Virus record (IMG/VR): IMGVR_UViG_3300033149_004544
Span: 1 to 27,619 of that record
Direction: 5' to 3' (one strand)
Length of the DNA stretch: 27,619 nt
Origin: a virus
Taxonomy: Duplodnaviria > Caudoviricetes
Positions 17,066 to 25,602 of this stretch are shown piece after piece (positions within the stretch are counted from its first letter, which is position 1; each line of letters begins with the position of its first letter). A program made the translations under genes and the position numbers. The notes beneath the pieces are model-generated. The model did not search any database. It worked only from the letters and a program-made list of their open reading frames with translations, and was not told the origin of the DNA.

Positions 17066-17188
17066 TCAGTCTCCTTGGGATTCTTCCCATTCTTCTTCTT
17101 CCCATTCCTCGTCTTCCCATTCTCCATCTTCCGGCAATTCTACCAACCCCTCTTCAATCTCTCGTCGCGACTCGTTTTGCCCTCTCAC
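17066..17188 (-). CDS. Very acidic 40-aa peptide (not in ORF track)
   Basis: GTG start just after the previous stop, GGAG RBS; MRGQNESRREIEEGLVELPEDGEWEDEEWEEEEWEESQGD. Confidence 0.5.
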   Translation of the reverse strand: MRGQNESRREIEEGLVELPEDGEWEDEEWEEEEWEESQGD

Positions 17189-17189
17189 C

Positions 17190-17372
17190 CTACTCTCCTC
17201 CCAATCTTGTCACTCTTACACTTCCACCAATCTTCTGCATCCACCCTCGCAAGTCGTCGAATCCCTGCCCGACAAACTTTTGCACAATCGGAGCCGTTTC
17301 GACGATCCTGCCAGAGTGATCTACCACGACCAATACTGTCATCCGCGAGCAAGACATCTGAAATTCATCCAC
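17190..17372 (-). CDS. Small hypothetical phage protein
   Basis: MTVLVVVDHSGRIVETAPIVQKFVGQ...LRGWM; colinear and tightly packed. Confidence 0.65.
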   Translation of the reverse strand: MDEFQMSCSRMTVLVVVDHSGRIVETAPIVQKFVGQGFDDLRGWMQKIGGSVRVTRLGGE

Positions 17373-17388
17373 GAATCGACCCTACTTA

Positions 17389-18585
17389 CTACTGAACCGC
17401 CCCTATTATCGAGGGCGTCACATCTTTTACGCCCGGGAACTCTTCCTCCAGCAACATCTTCAACTCCTCCGGCAGCGGGCGGCCACGGCCGAATCTCTCC
17501 GACACACGACGGCGAATCTTGTGCAGCAGCAACCCGTCGTACTCTCGACCGTCCCGTCCAATTTCGATCTTCAAGATACCACACGGGAGTATATTATCCG
17601 GATCGTTCCACATGTTCTCGCGGGTGAGACGGCGACGACCGTTAGAAGCAGAACCATTCTGCGATCGCCGCATGGCAGATTTGAACTTTCCCTCGTTGAA
17701 CTTCTTTCTAAATGTAGCAGCAGAAAACGCCTCCGGCACATAATCTTCCCCGATGTGCTTTCTGTACCATACGATTGTCTCGCCGATGTCTTTCTTCGAC
17801 GTGCCATCTACTTCCCTCATCTGGCGAAAGACGTTGGCCCACTGACGCAGATCACTGTTCTTTTGAACCTTACGATAGGTCTTCACCACTTCGGCGAACT
17901 TGTGGGCTGCTCTTTCATCCCACGCCGACGGCTGCCTTTTCTTCTTTCTTCGACGATGCGAGCCATTGCTTTCAGACGACGGAGAAACTGCTTGTTTTCC
18001 TTCGTCTGAAAGAGATGAAGTCTCGCTTGTTCGGTCCGAGGGTTTTCCCTCGGACATAGACTTATGATCTTGATCTCTTTCTGAGGACTCTCCCCTTATA
18101 ATCTCTGTCCCCGTTTTTCGGGAACCAGACTCCCCGTTTTTCGGGAACCAGACTCCCCGTTTTTCGGGAGTCTTTCGGAGTCTGACTCCCCGTTTTTCGG
18201 GAGTCTTTCGGAGTCTGACTCCCCGTTTTTCGGGAGTCTCTCGTTGCAACTCCGCCGGGTTCATGTTGTAAATTACTTGCAGCGTCCGCCGCCTTCCGTC
18301 GTAGGCAGTGGTCATGACAAGATTCAACTGCCGCAGTTTTGATATGATTTCGCTAGCCCGCTTCTCACTCACTCCAACGCACTTGCCCAAGTAGGCATTC
18401 GATGCAAAGCATCCTCGACCTTTGTGACACAACGAATGAATCGTGCACAGTATCAAGACGTCTATTGCTTTCAGTTTTTTCAGCTCAATCAGCTCGAAAA
18501 CGTGCCACGGGATGTAGATCCCGTTGAATCCTTTCTCATGCCTTTCCTCGACAGATGGTGGCGTGCCGATTGATTCTTGTCCCAT
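17389..18585 (-). CDS. Phage replication initiator (N-terminal winged HTH, lambda O / replisome organizer-like)
   Basis: GCFASNAYLGKCVGVSEKRASEIISKLRQLNLV HTH; internal DNA repeats; C-terminal SAATFRKKF; upstream of the helicase. Start 18585 or 18618. Confidence 0.8.
   Translation of the reverse strand: MGQESIGTPPSVEERHEKGFNGIYIPWHVFELIELKKLKAIDVLILCTIHSLCHKGRGCFASNAYLGKCVGVSEKRASEIISKLRQLNLVMTTAYDGRRRTLQVIYNMNPAELQRETPEKRGVRLRKTPEKRGVRLRKTPEKRGVWFPKNGESGSRKTGTEIIRGESSERDQDHKSMSEGKPSDRTSETSSLSDEGKQAVSPSSESNGSHRRRKKKRQPSAWDERAAHKFAEVVKTYRKVQKNSDLRQWANVFRQMREVDGTSKKDIGETIVWYRKHIGEDYVPEAFSAATFRKKFNEGKFKSAMRRSQNGSASNGRRRLTRENMWNDPDNILPCGILKIEIGRDGREYDGLLLHKIRRRVSERFGRGRPLPEELKMLLEEEFPGVKDVTPSIIGAVQ
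18108..18235. repeat. Five iteron-like repeats, probable replication origin
   Basis: TCCCCGTTTTTCGGGA at 18108, 18131, 18154, 18187 and 18220 (periods 23, 23, 33, 33) inside the initiator gene. Confidence 0.85.
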
Positions 18586-18698
18586 TGTGCAAACCGTCCT
18601 TTCCTTTTTCAATAGCAAGCAAATAGCTTCATTTCACCCGTCCACCGTCGGTTTTATCTCATCTGCTGCATGATCCCTTCCCTACATGATAATACGAT

Positions 18699-18737
18699 AA
18701 AAAAGAAACCCACCCCGGTTGTGCAGCCGGGGTGGGC
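18699..18737 (-). terminator. Rho-independent terminator
   Basis: Minus strand GCCCACCCCGG-CUGCACAA-CCGGGGUGGGU followed by UUCUUUUUU. Confidence 0.85.
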
Positions 18738-18739
18738 TC

Positions 18740-18852
18740 TTGGGTTCGGAGGTGCAAGAGCCTGCAGAGAACAGACGATGACCTCCTGACGGATTGTAAG
18801 CGATGATGACAATCATTATCTACTCTCTGCTTCTCCAGCCTTCCGAACCCAA
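18740..18852 (-). ncRNA. Long imperfect hairpin RNA / attenuator leader
   Basis: UUGGGUUCGGA/UCCGAACCCAA, GCAGAGAGUAGAU/GUCUGUUCUCUGC and AUGAU/GUCAU with several G-U pairs on the minus strand. Confidence 0.65.
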
Positions 18853-18940
18853 TCCGACCTCAACACAACGCGGCCTCTTCCCTGCTCCGGGGCGGGCCTC
18901 CCGAGAGAGGACACAACACCCGTGCCCGAAGCACATCCCC

Positions 18941-18946
18941 ATTATA
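18941..18946 (-). promoter_or_regulatory. Candidate -10 box TATAAT
   Basis: Perfect TATAAT at the start of the non-coding leader; no clear -35 box. Confidence 0.4.
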
Positions 18947-18990
18947 AGGGAAGATTGAAAATCTACCTAGCGGATTTTCCAGAAATATCT

Positions 18991-19203
18991 TCACCGCGAA
19001 GCGTCCACGGCAGACCAGATGTGGACGATCCAGCCGAGCAGCACCAGCCAAAGCAGCAGAGCAATGATGAAATGACCGATCGCTCGTCCGATCCTGCCCA
19101 GCAGCAATTGGCCGAGGCCGGGCACGAAGAACGAGAGGATCGCCGGCAAGCATCCACCGGCGGTGGTGGTAGATCCTCGATTGTCGATGTAGATGTTTCC
19201 CAT
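18991..19203 (-). CDS. Small membrane protein (TM2/DUF5683-like)
   Basis: AILSFFVPGLGQLLLGRIGRAI...HIWSAVDA; GAGGG RBS. Confidence 0.8.
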   Translation of the reverse strand: MGNIYIDNRGSTTTAGGCLPAILSFFVPGLGQLLLGRIGRAIGHFIIALLLWLVLLGWIVHIWSAVDASR

Positions 19204-19401
19204 CGCACTTCCCTCTTCGGCTGAGTTCAGTCTTCGTTCAGCTTGTCAAACATGAGCTGAAACTGCTGCTCTGTTTCTTTCAGGGCTTCATCTTGCTCTT
19301 GGCGAAATTGCTCGACGGCCTTCATTGCCTTGGCCTCGTTGATCCTATCTCGGACCACAAGCCAGATTTCATCATTTCTCTCCTAGATAGGGTACACATC
19401 A

Positions 19402-19596
19402 TCATTGAGACATTGCCAGACACTTCGTCGGAATCGTATCTTTGTACTGCCATTTGGAATTGAGTAGTGTAGGCCACTCAATATCTTGGCCGGTCTGCAA
19501 CTTCCTGATGCAGCCTGTACGGCCAGCATTCATCCGATTGCTACCAGCCGGGATACTGCCAGTTATCCACCGATTTGTGCCGTAGTATGAATACAT
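19402..19596 (-). CDS. Hypothetical protein, possibly degraded
   Basis: 64-aa ORF after the primase with a GAGGG RBS; no recognisable motif. Confidence 0.35.
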   Translation of the reverse strand: MYSYYGTNRWITGSIPAGSNRMNAGRTGCIRKLQTGQDIEWPTLLNSKWQYKDTIPTKCLAMSQ

Positions 19597-19615
19597 CGGC
19601 TCAATTCCCTCGTGC

Positions 19616-20488
19616 TCACTCGAGATACGATCTCAATTCTGCCACTTCCTCATCGGTGGCCTCGCCTGGATCGGCGGAAGCCAACTCCATGACGAGCGTC
19701 TCTCCAGGAAACGCCTGTAACTGCTCGGCCAGACGTCTAGCAGCACGTTGTGCCGCTGGCTCTCGATCAAAGCAGATCACTCTATGCGAAACGGAAGACA
19801 ACAGATACGCCTGCGACGCAGTCGGCACCATGCCAAACAAACCCACGGCTCCAGGTCCGACTCGCCAAACGTCAGACGGACCTTCGACAACAACGACGGA
19901 CGCTCGCACATAATCCCATCCATAGAGCAAAGTTTTGATGGACAATACTTCTTCTTCCGGATTGGCATGAATCCACCGTCCTGCTTGAGTACCGATCGAA
20001 CGGGTAGTCCAAGACACCACCTCGCCATCCAAGTGCACCGGTGCCCAGATCCTCCAACCGAGTCTGGCCGACAGGCAGATGCCTTGCAGGCCCCAAAGTT
20101 GCACCATCAGATCGGGATCGAGACCCCGACCCTTTAACCACTTTCTGTGTCTCTTCGTCAGCGGTTCCAATCCGCTTGGGACTCGGAGTCTTCCCCGTCG
20201 TATGTGCGTCTTGGGTGCGATCCTACGGGCCCTGGGGAAGTTTCTGACGAGGGCTCCAACTTTCCAAGATGGCAATTGTGTGAGCAGTACGAGGGCTTCC
20301 CTCAAGTCTTTTCGTCCGCACCGCCAACAGGAAGCCTGGAGACTGCCGAGATGGATGCCGAAATGATACTTTCCAACACTCCCACACCAGGGACAGTCCA
20401 ATCCTAACCAATCTTCGCGGACATGGTGGTGCGTGCCACCCTCGACATACCGAATGCCATGCTCAGTCAGCAGTTGCTTCAGGTCCAT
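19616..20488 (-). CDS. DNA primase (Zn finger + TOPRIM)
   Basis: CPWC...CWRCG, LYGWD, VVVEGPSD, ICFDRE, ADPG. Confidence 0.9.
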   Translation of the reverse strand: MDLKQLLTEHGIRYVEGGTHHHVREDWLGLDCPWCGSVGKYHFGIHLGSLQASCWRCGRKDLREALVLLTQLPSWKVGALVRNFPRARRIAPKTHIRRGRLRVPSGLEPLTKRHRKWLKGRGLDPDLMVQLWGLQGICLSARLGWRIWAPVHLDGEVVSWTTRSIGTQAGRWIHANPEEEVLSIKTLLYGWDYVRASVVVVEGPSDVWRVGPGAVGLFGMVPTASQAYLLSSVSHRVICFDREPAAQRAARRLAEQLQAFPGETLVMELASADPGEATDEEVAELRSYLE

Positions 20489-20500
20489 CTTTTGTCTTCG

Positions 20501-20686
20501 CTAGTCGTTCTCGACCAATCGGCGAATAGCTTCGACAAGCACTTCACTCATCGACACCCCCTCTCGAACGCAGTGCAGTTTGAATTTCGTCTTGAGAGGT
20601 TCCGCAATGCCACACACGAGTAAAGTTGTGCAGTTTTCCTTTTCCCCTCCCCTACTATTATCGGGAGGGTTGGATTTCACACTCAT
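20501..20686 (-). CDS. Ribbon-helix-helix DNA-binding protein
   Basis: TTLLVCGIAEPLKTKFKLHCVREGVSMSEVLVEAIRRLV fits a beta-alpha-alpha RHH pattern. Confidence 0.75.
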   Translation of the reverse strand: MSVKSNPPDNSRGGEKENCTTLLVCGIAEPLKTKFKLHCVREGVSMSEVLVEAIRRLVEND

Positions 20687-22050
20687 CTCTTTTCTCCTCT
20701 CAATGCAAGTCCCTCCATCAACTGTTTGTATACGTCCAACTCGTCCGTAGTGTCATCACCATCGAGCACCCCAGAAACCACTCGTTGCTTCTTCTCCAGG
20801 ATTTCGCACAAGTGGCTCTCGATTGTCCCGGCTGCTACCAAATACCAGCACCAAGATGGCACAGTTTGACCGATTCGGTGGATTCGATCTTCGGCTTGCA
20901 TCATATTGGCAGGCACCCAATCCAACTCGCAAAAGGCTATTGTACTTGCAGCAGTCAACGTGATACCGACGCCGGCTGCTCGGATGTTGCCTATGAATAC
21001 CCTCGTTTTACGATCTCGCTGAAACTGGTCGATCACCACCTTCCGCTTTCGCCCAGTGATGGAACCATCTACTACAACTGATTTCGATATGATGCGACGG
21101 GCCAGAGCTTCTATCATCTTTCGATGCACTGCAAACAACACGATCTTCTCGTCTGGATAGCTCTCAAGCCATTCGTTCGTCCAGTCCACAACGGCTCGAA
21201 GTTTCAATCGGGCTGCCAGGCGTTTGAGTTCGCCCAACTTCACCAACGTCTCTGCACGCTTCGCAGTAAGCAATCGAGCCGGGTTTGTTCTCCCGATCCA
21301 GGACAAGAATGAATCGGATGCTTCGCGGTATTCATCTTCGTTGGTCAGAGCAAACGGCAATACCCGTCGATTCTTTTCCGGAAGCTCTGGCAACACGTCT
21401 CGTTTCAAATACCGGACCATGCACAACTGCTCCAGCAAATCATGCAACTCCGGGATACGGGAAGCCCCATCATACTTCCAACCCCACGGTGTCCACCGTG
21501 GCTTGCAGTATTCGTGAGCGTAAGCCCAACGGCTTGAGAAAACACTCGGACGAAGCATTTGTAGTGTCGGAAATAGCTCGATCGGACGAGAAAGCAGTGG
21601 TGTGCCAGAAATAGCAATCACATGCTTGATTCCTTTTGCGATCGCTCGAACGGCCTTGGTCCGCTTCGCCGAAGTGTTCTTGCAATAGTGGCACTCGTCA
21701 ATGAACAGCGAACGGAAGCCAAATTGCTTGAGTTGGCTCACCCACCGATGTAGAACGTCATAGTTGATGATGATTAGCTCCGGCTTGCCACCGAGCAGAG
21801 GCTTTGGCTTCATCCCCTCAATGACGTAGGGACGAATACCCAAGTTCTGCACTGCCTCGTGCTCCCAAACATACTTCGTCGAAGCTGGACAGATGACTAA
21901 CCCAGGGCAAGCTTCGGCATGTTGTTCCCACCACCACAACGAGATGAGAGTCTTGCCAAGACCCATCTCGTGGGCTAGCAGACAACGACCACGGAAATCG
22001 TCTATCAGCTTGATCGACTCAAGCTGATACGGAAGGGGACTGGCTTTCAT
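20683..22050 (-). CDS. SNF2-family helicase (HARP/SMARCAL1-like)
   Basis: HEMGLGKT, IDECH, SGTPL, AAGVGITLTAA, QAEDRIHRIGQ. Confidence 0.92.
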   Translation of the reverse strand: MKASPLPYQLESIKLIDDFRGRCLLAHEMGLGKTLISLWWWEQHAEACPGLVICPASTKYVWEHEAVQNLGIRPYVIEGMKPKPLLGGKPELIIINYDVLHRWVSQLKQFGFRSLFIDECHYCKNTSAKRTKAVRAIAKGIKHVIAISGTPLLSRPIELFPTLQMLRPSVFSSRWAYAHEYCKPRWTPWGWKYDGASRIPELHDLLEQLCMVRYLKRDVLPELPEKNRRVLPFALTNEDEYREASDSFLSWIGRTNPARLLTAKRAETLVKLGELKRLAARLKLRAVVDWTNEWLESYPDEKIVLFAVHRKMIEALARRIISKSVVVDGSITGRKRKVVIDQFQRDRKTRVFIGNIRAAGVGITLTAASTIAFCELDWVPANMMQAEDRIHRIGQTVPSWCWYLVAAGTIESHLCEILEKKQRVVSGVLDGDDTTDELDVYKQLMEGLALRGEKR

Positions 22051-22070
22051 GTTCTGTATTCTTTCGTCTC

Positions 22071-22601
22071 CTACTCTGTTAAGGCAACGCGAATCTCGTG
22101 AAACGACTCAACGATTCGTCGTGCTGACCATCCCATGCTGGAAAGCAGGGCATAGAGAGCTAGGCGGATTTCTTCAGGGTCTGCTTCTTTCTCATCCACA
22201 TGACCAAACGTACTGAGCACAATCTCAACCACTGTTTTGGCATCCTGCGTCAGCATGCAAAGTCTGAGTTCTATCTCAGACTTAGAACACCCACTCTCGA
22301 TCATCATGAACGCTGCCTGCTCGTTGAGTCGAGGGGTTGTCCAGTGCACTGCGTCTCTTCGAAGCTTATCTGAAAGAGCATACCAGATGCATTGCCATAA
22401 CCAGGTCGTGAACCTGATCTCTCGTCTCAAGTCAAAGGATTGATAGGCATTGGCAAAGGCCATACATGCTTCACCGTGCCATTCCTCATATTCTCTTTCC
22501 GATATGTCCTTCTGTCGAAGAAAGGCGTGGGTGACACTGTGGATCATCATCCCCACGTCCTGGTAAGTCTCTTCCATTCCTGCTGATTCTTTCGTTTCCA
22601 T
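22071..22601 (-). CDS. Sigma-70-like factor (region 2)
   Basis: EACMAFANAYQSFDLRREIRFTTWLWQCIWYALSDKLRR resembles sigma region 2.2-2.4. Confidence 0.7.
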   Translation of the reverse strand: METKESAGMEETYQDVGMMIHSVTHAFLRQKDISEREYEEWHGEACMAFANAYQSFDLRREIRFTTWLWQCIWYALSDKLRRDAVHWTTPRLNEQAAFMMIESGCSKSEIELRLCMLTQDAKTVVEIVLSTFGHVDEKEADPEEIRLALYALLSSMGWSARRIVESFHEIRVALTE

Positions 22602-22657
22602 TCCTGTTGGCTCCTCCGTTAAAGTATTTCGATCCCTCAGACAAGCCGAGAGAGAAC

Positions 22658-22864
22658 CTAGTGACGGTGGAGTTGCTCATGCTGAGCATGCCGATGTTTG
22701 TGTATATGCCCCTTCCGTTCCTTGATCTTCACTGGGCCACCAAGCATGTCAGCAAGGCTTTCCAACAACTCGTCCGCAGACAAGTGATTCTGCCCGCTTA
22801 TCTGGTCGGTCTCGATCGAGACTGTGCCATCTTCGAGAATCTCCCACTTGATCTTGTCGTTCAT
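22658..22864 (-). CDS. DUF2997-like protein with His-rich tail
   Basis: IKWEILEDGTVSIETDQISG...LADMLGG; follows the DUF1257-like gene with ATGA overlap. Confidence 0.6.
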   Translation of the reverse strand: MNDKIKWEILEDGTVSIETDQISGQNHLSADELLESLADMLGGPVKIKERKGHIHKHRHAQHEQLHRH

Positions 22865-23181
22865 TTCCGAAGTACTCCTTTCGCTAGCTGTTGTCCAGAC
22901 TGTTGCTTGAATTGCCAACCACGCAACCTGGCGGCCCGCTTTAATGCCTCTTTGCTATACTGCCGCTTGAGTTGGTTCAACCGCGGCAATTGCTCTGTCT
23001 GTATCTCTGCTCTCCCCAATGTGAAATCAATCTCGAATGTCTCCGAAGTTGATGCCCTGACTCTCAACCCGGTAGGCATATTCTCGTAAAACCACCCAAG
23101 AGCTTTGACTGCCTCTCGCAGCAATGCTACATGCTTGACCTTGAACTCAACGCTCATCGTCCTGACTTCCCAGCATGGCAT
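22861..23181 (-). CDS. DUF1257 (Ycf35)-like protein
   Basis: LLREAVKALGW...LNQLKRQYSKEALKRAARLRGW. Confidence 0.6.
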   Translation of the reverse strand: MPCWEVRTMSVEFKVKHVALLREAVKALGWFYENMPTGLRVRASTSETFEIDFTLGRAEIQTEQLPRLNQLKRQYSKEALKRAARLRGWQFKQQSGQQLAKGVLRK

Positions 23182-23184
23182 GGT

Positions 23185-24102
23185 TCAGACCTCCTCATCA
23201 AAAGTAATCACTCGTGCCGGACCGCTTTCAACAAGCGCATCCAGTCGTGTCTTGACTTCCTCCATCCTTCGACGGACGATCTCGCGAACGGCCCCGTCCT
23301 GCCGAAGCGCTTCGGCCATCACACTATCTTCACTCAGCACTTGACGGGCTCGAACGACCAGAGCCTTCAACTCCTTGTCATTCAGCACGTTCCGTCGATC
23401 AAACAACTCCAAGAATTCCACCACCTTATCGACGGCCGAGTCGCGGAGGACTTTTTTCTTCCCATCCGGCGACGGCTCCAACCGCTCGGCCAAATGTGAC
23501 ACCAGCGTCAGCATCGACTCTCGCAAGGCCTGCCGCACTTCATTCTCAGCCTCTGCGAACGTCTGCTGCCAACGACTCCGCTCTTGTTGGTACACAGCTT
23601 CGCTGAGCTTTGTCTCGCTAGGCGGAGAGAAGTCGAACATCCGCCGCTCAACCCAGAACGATTGCCGTAACTGCTCGGGAGCCGGATAATCCGCTTCCCG
23701 ATACAGATCCTTAAGCCCCATCCGGGCGGCTTGCTTCAACTCGTCATATTCAGCCACTAAAGCATCTGCTTCGGTAGCATATCTGGCTTGAGCTTCATCT
23801 AAGCGAGCACAGATCTCGTCGAGCAAGTCAATCGGGATCAAGTGTGTTCCCCGCCTCAAAGGGCAGGGAACCGATCGACGCTGGACCCAGACATCAAACT
23901 CATAGGCGATCCTCATCGCAGCTCGATAGTGCTCGCTATCGAAAATCCTCTTCCCAATCGAAAACCGGTCCTGATCTGGCTTTTTGCCTTGATTGAAAGC
24001 ATTGACCACTTCAGCCTCACCTCGACGCACTCTTCGATGCTGACCAGCACGGTGAAACGTCACTGCCAAGCACACTGTGTTGTCGAATAATTGACTCTTC
24101 AT
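23185..24102 (-). CDS. DUF3150-like protein
   Basis: GTHLIP, LYREADYP, LVSHLAERL..DGKKKVLRDS, NVLNDKEL. Confidence 0.6.
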   Translation of the reverse strand: MKSQLFDNTVCLAVTFHRAGQHRRVRRGEAEVVNAFNQGKKPDQDRFSIGKRIFDSEHYRAAMRIAYEFDVWVQRRSVPCPLRRGTHLIPIDLLDEICARLDEAQARYATEADALVAEYDELKQAARMGLKDLYREADYPAPEQLRQSFWVERRMFDFSPPSETKLSEAVYQQERSRWQQTFAEAENEVRQALRESMLTLVSHLAERLEPSPDGKKKVLRDSAVDKVVEFLELFDRRNVLNDKELKALVVRARQVLSEDSVMAEALRQDGAVREIVRRRMEEVKTRLDALVESGPARVITFDEEV

Positions 24103-24129
24103 ACTCAGGTCTCCTATAGCGAAAGTTAA

Positions 24130-25602
24130 TCACACCTCCACACTCCGTCCCTTCTTTTCGGCTTTGGGTCCTCGATACAGACCAGGCTGAGAAGCAGACA
24201 GGAAGTTGCCATCGGCCAACTTCTGAGCATCGCGGATCACCTCTCGAGCCGTCTTGCCAACCGGAGCGATGAATTGTGAAGCATACTGCAACGTGTTGCC
24301 CATTTTCCAAGCACGTTCGCAACAGTTTCGGATATCCGAACCGGCATACATTCGATCATCCGGTCTCCCATCATCATCGAGGTCGAACTTACCGAGGTGG
24401 ATTGGCCAGATTCGTTCTCGTTCCTCATCTCCTGGGAAATCGAACATCCAAATCCCACCTCGGAATCGTCGAAGTAACTCTCCGGGAATCGTGTTCAGTC
24501 GGTTGGCTGTGGCAACGAAGAACACTCGATCTCCACCGATGGCTTCGATCACACTCATAGCCTCCCGTACATACTTTTCCGATTCCCCCACAAGCGACCC
24601 TTTCGTTGCGTTCAAATCCAGTGCCAAACTCAACACTCCAAACGTGTTGGCCAGGGTCTTGGAGTATAGGGACTTGCCAGCACCAGGACAACCAAACGCC
24701 ACGATGCCGTCCCAATCATTGTCTTCCATCGAGTTGAGCACAACCTGGAGAGCGTCTTGACTTGTGCCACTTGTATCCCCCTGCGAGCCAGCCATTACCT
24801 TCTCGATCTCTTCGATTCGCACGACCAGAGCCGGTGGGTGAGGACCTTCAAACAAGGCGCAGCCGAATCGCTTTGCTTGCTCCAATCCACCGATATCATC
24901 GAACGTCTCCCGTCCACGGTCTACACTAAGGCCACGAGTTTGCTCGATCATCATCCGGCGATTCTCGGCGAGCATCTTGAAATCGAACCCATCCTTTCGC
25001 AAGCTCATAGCTACAGCCTGTTCGGCAAGGAAGGCGGACAGTCCGACTGTGTTGTCCACTATCTTCTGAATTGTGCCATCACTCACCTTCGGCCGTTCCG
25101 GGTTGGCATCTGTAGCAGCTTCGTCCATTGAACGTGCGATCGTTTCTAAAGTCTCTCGGTCTGGCAAGTCTTCGTCCATCACCACCACGTCTCCCTGTAA
25201 GGAGATCGGTAGTCGAATTTGCCGGGCCAGTAACACCAACGTTCTGCGACTTCGCTTGTATGGCTCACGGAGATTCCAGACACCTTGAATCACTGGTGGC
25301 TCATTTATCCAAGCGTCTGCTTGGAGAAAGCAAACGACCGTGCCATCGGGTAGGTCCGCTGCCACTTCCAAGAATCCGATTGGATTGCCTTCGGCCTGCT
25401 CAGCGTTGACCCCCGCAACAGCCTCTCGTCCGGCGTCATTGACTGGCCGCAGTCCCGCAATGCAGTCCCAACATACAATCGGACTCTTACTGTTGGCCAG
25501 CATAGCCAACATCTCCATCGTACCCCTCGGGTCTGGCGTGTTGATTGCCACCAAAGGCACCCCGGCACGACGAGCATGCCGGAATCGTTCTACTACATTC
25601 AT
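24130..25602 (-). CDS. Ycf46-like AAA+ ATPase with rearranged ATPase domain
   Basis: RAGVPLVAI, DDIGGLE, IEEIEK, GCPGAGKS, LVGESEK, FFVATAN, PGELLRR. Start at MNVVER (ATG 25602). Confidence 0.88.
   Translation of the reverse strand: MNVVERFRHARRAGVPLVAINTPDPRGTMEMLAMLANSKSPIVCWDCIAGLRPVNDAGREAVAGVNAEQAEGNPIGFLEVAADLPDGTVVCFLQADAWINEPPVIQGVWNLREPYKRSRRTLVLLARQIRLPISLQGDVVVMDEDLPDRETLETIARSMDEAATDANPERPKVSDGTIQKIVDNTVGLSAFLAEQAVAMSLRKDGFDFKMLAENRRMMIEQTRGLSVDRGRETFDDIGGLEQAKRFGCALFEGPHPPALVVRIEEIEKVMAGSQGDTSGTSQDALQVVLNSMEDNDWDGIVAFGCPGAGKSLYSKTLANTFGVLSLALDLNATKGSLVGESEKYVREAMSVIEAIGGDRVFFVATANRLNTIPGELLRRFRGGIWMFDFPGDEERERIWPIHLGKFDLDDDGRPDDRMYAGSDIRNCCERAWKMGNTLQYASQFIAPVGKTAREVIRDAQKLADGNFLSASQPGLYRGPKAEKKGRSVEV

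Noticed and set aside
16911-17120. 69-aa minus-strand ORF from the track
   Set aside because: Its Arg/Gly N-terminus is an off-frame read of the acidic peptide and the rest overlaps the inverted-repeat structure; coding status is unsupported.
18108-18240. Possible mini CRISPR array
   Set aside because: The spacers are short and repeated rather than unique, the array is inside a CDS, and there are no cas genes; iterons fit better.
19225-19400. Stop-codon (TAG) recoding, suggested by a protein-like frame (…DEIWLVVRDRINEAKAMKAVEQFRQEQ…) following a TAG
   Set aside because: TAG terminates queC, queE and the sigma-like gene at their expected ends, so the standard code applies; this is more likely a short ORF or a decayed gene.
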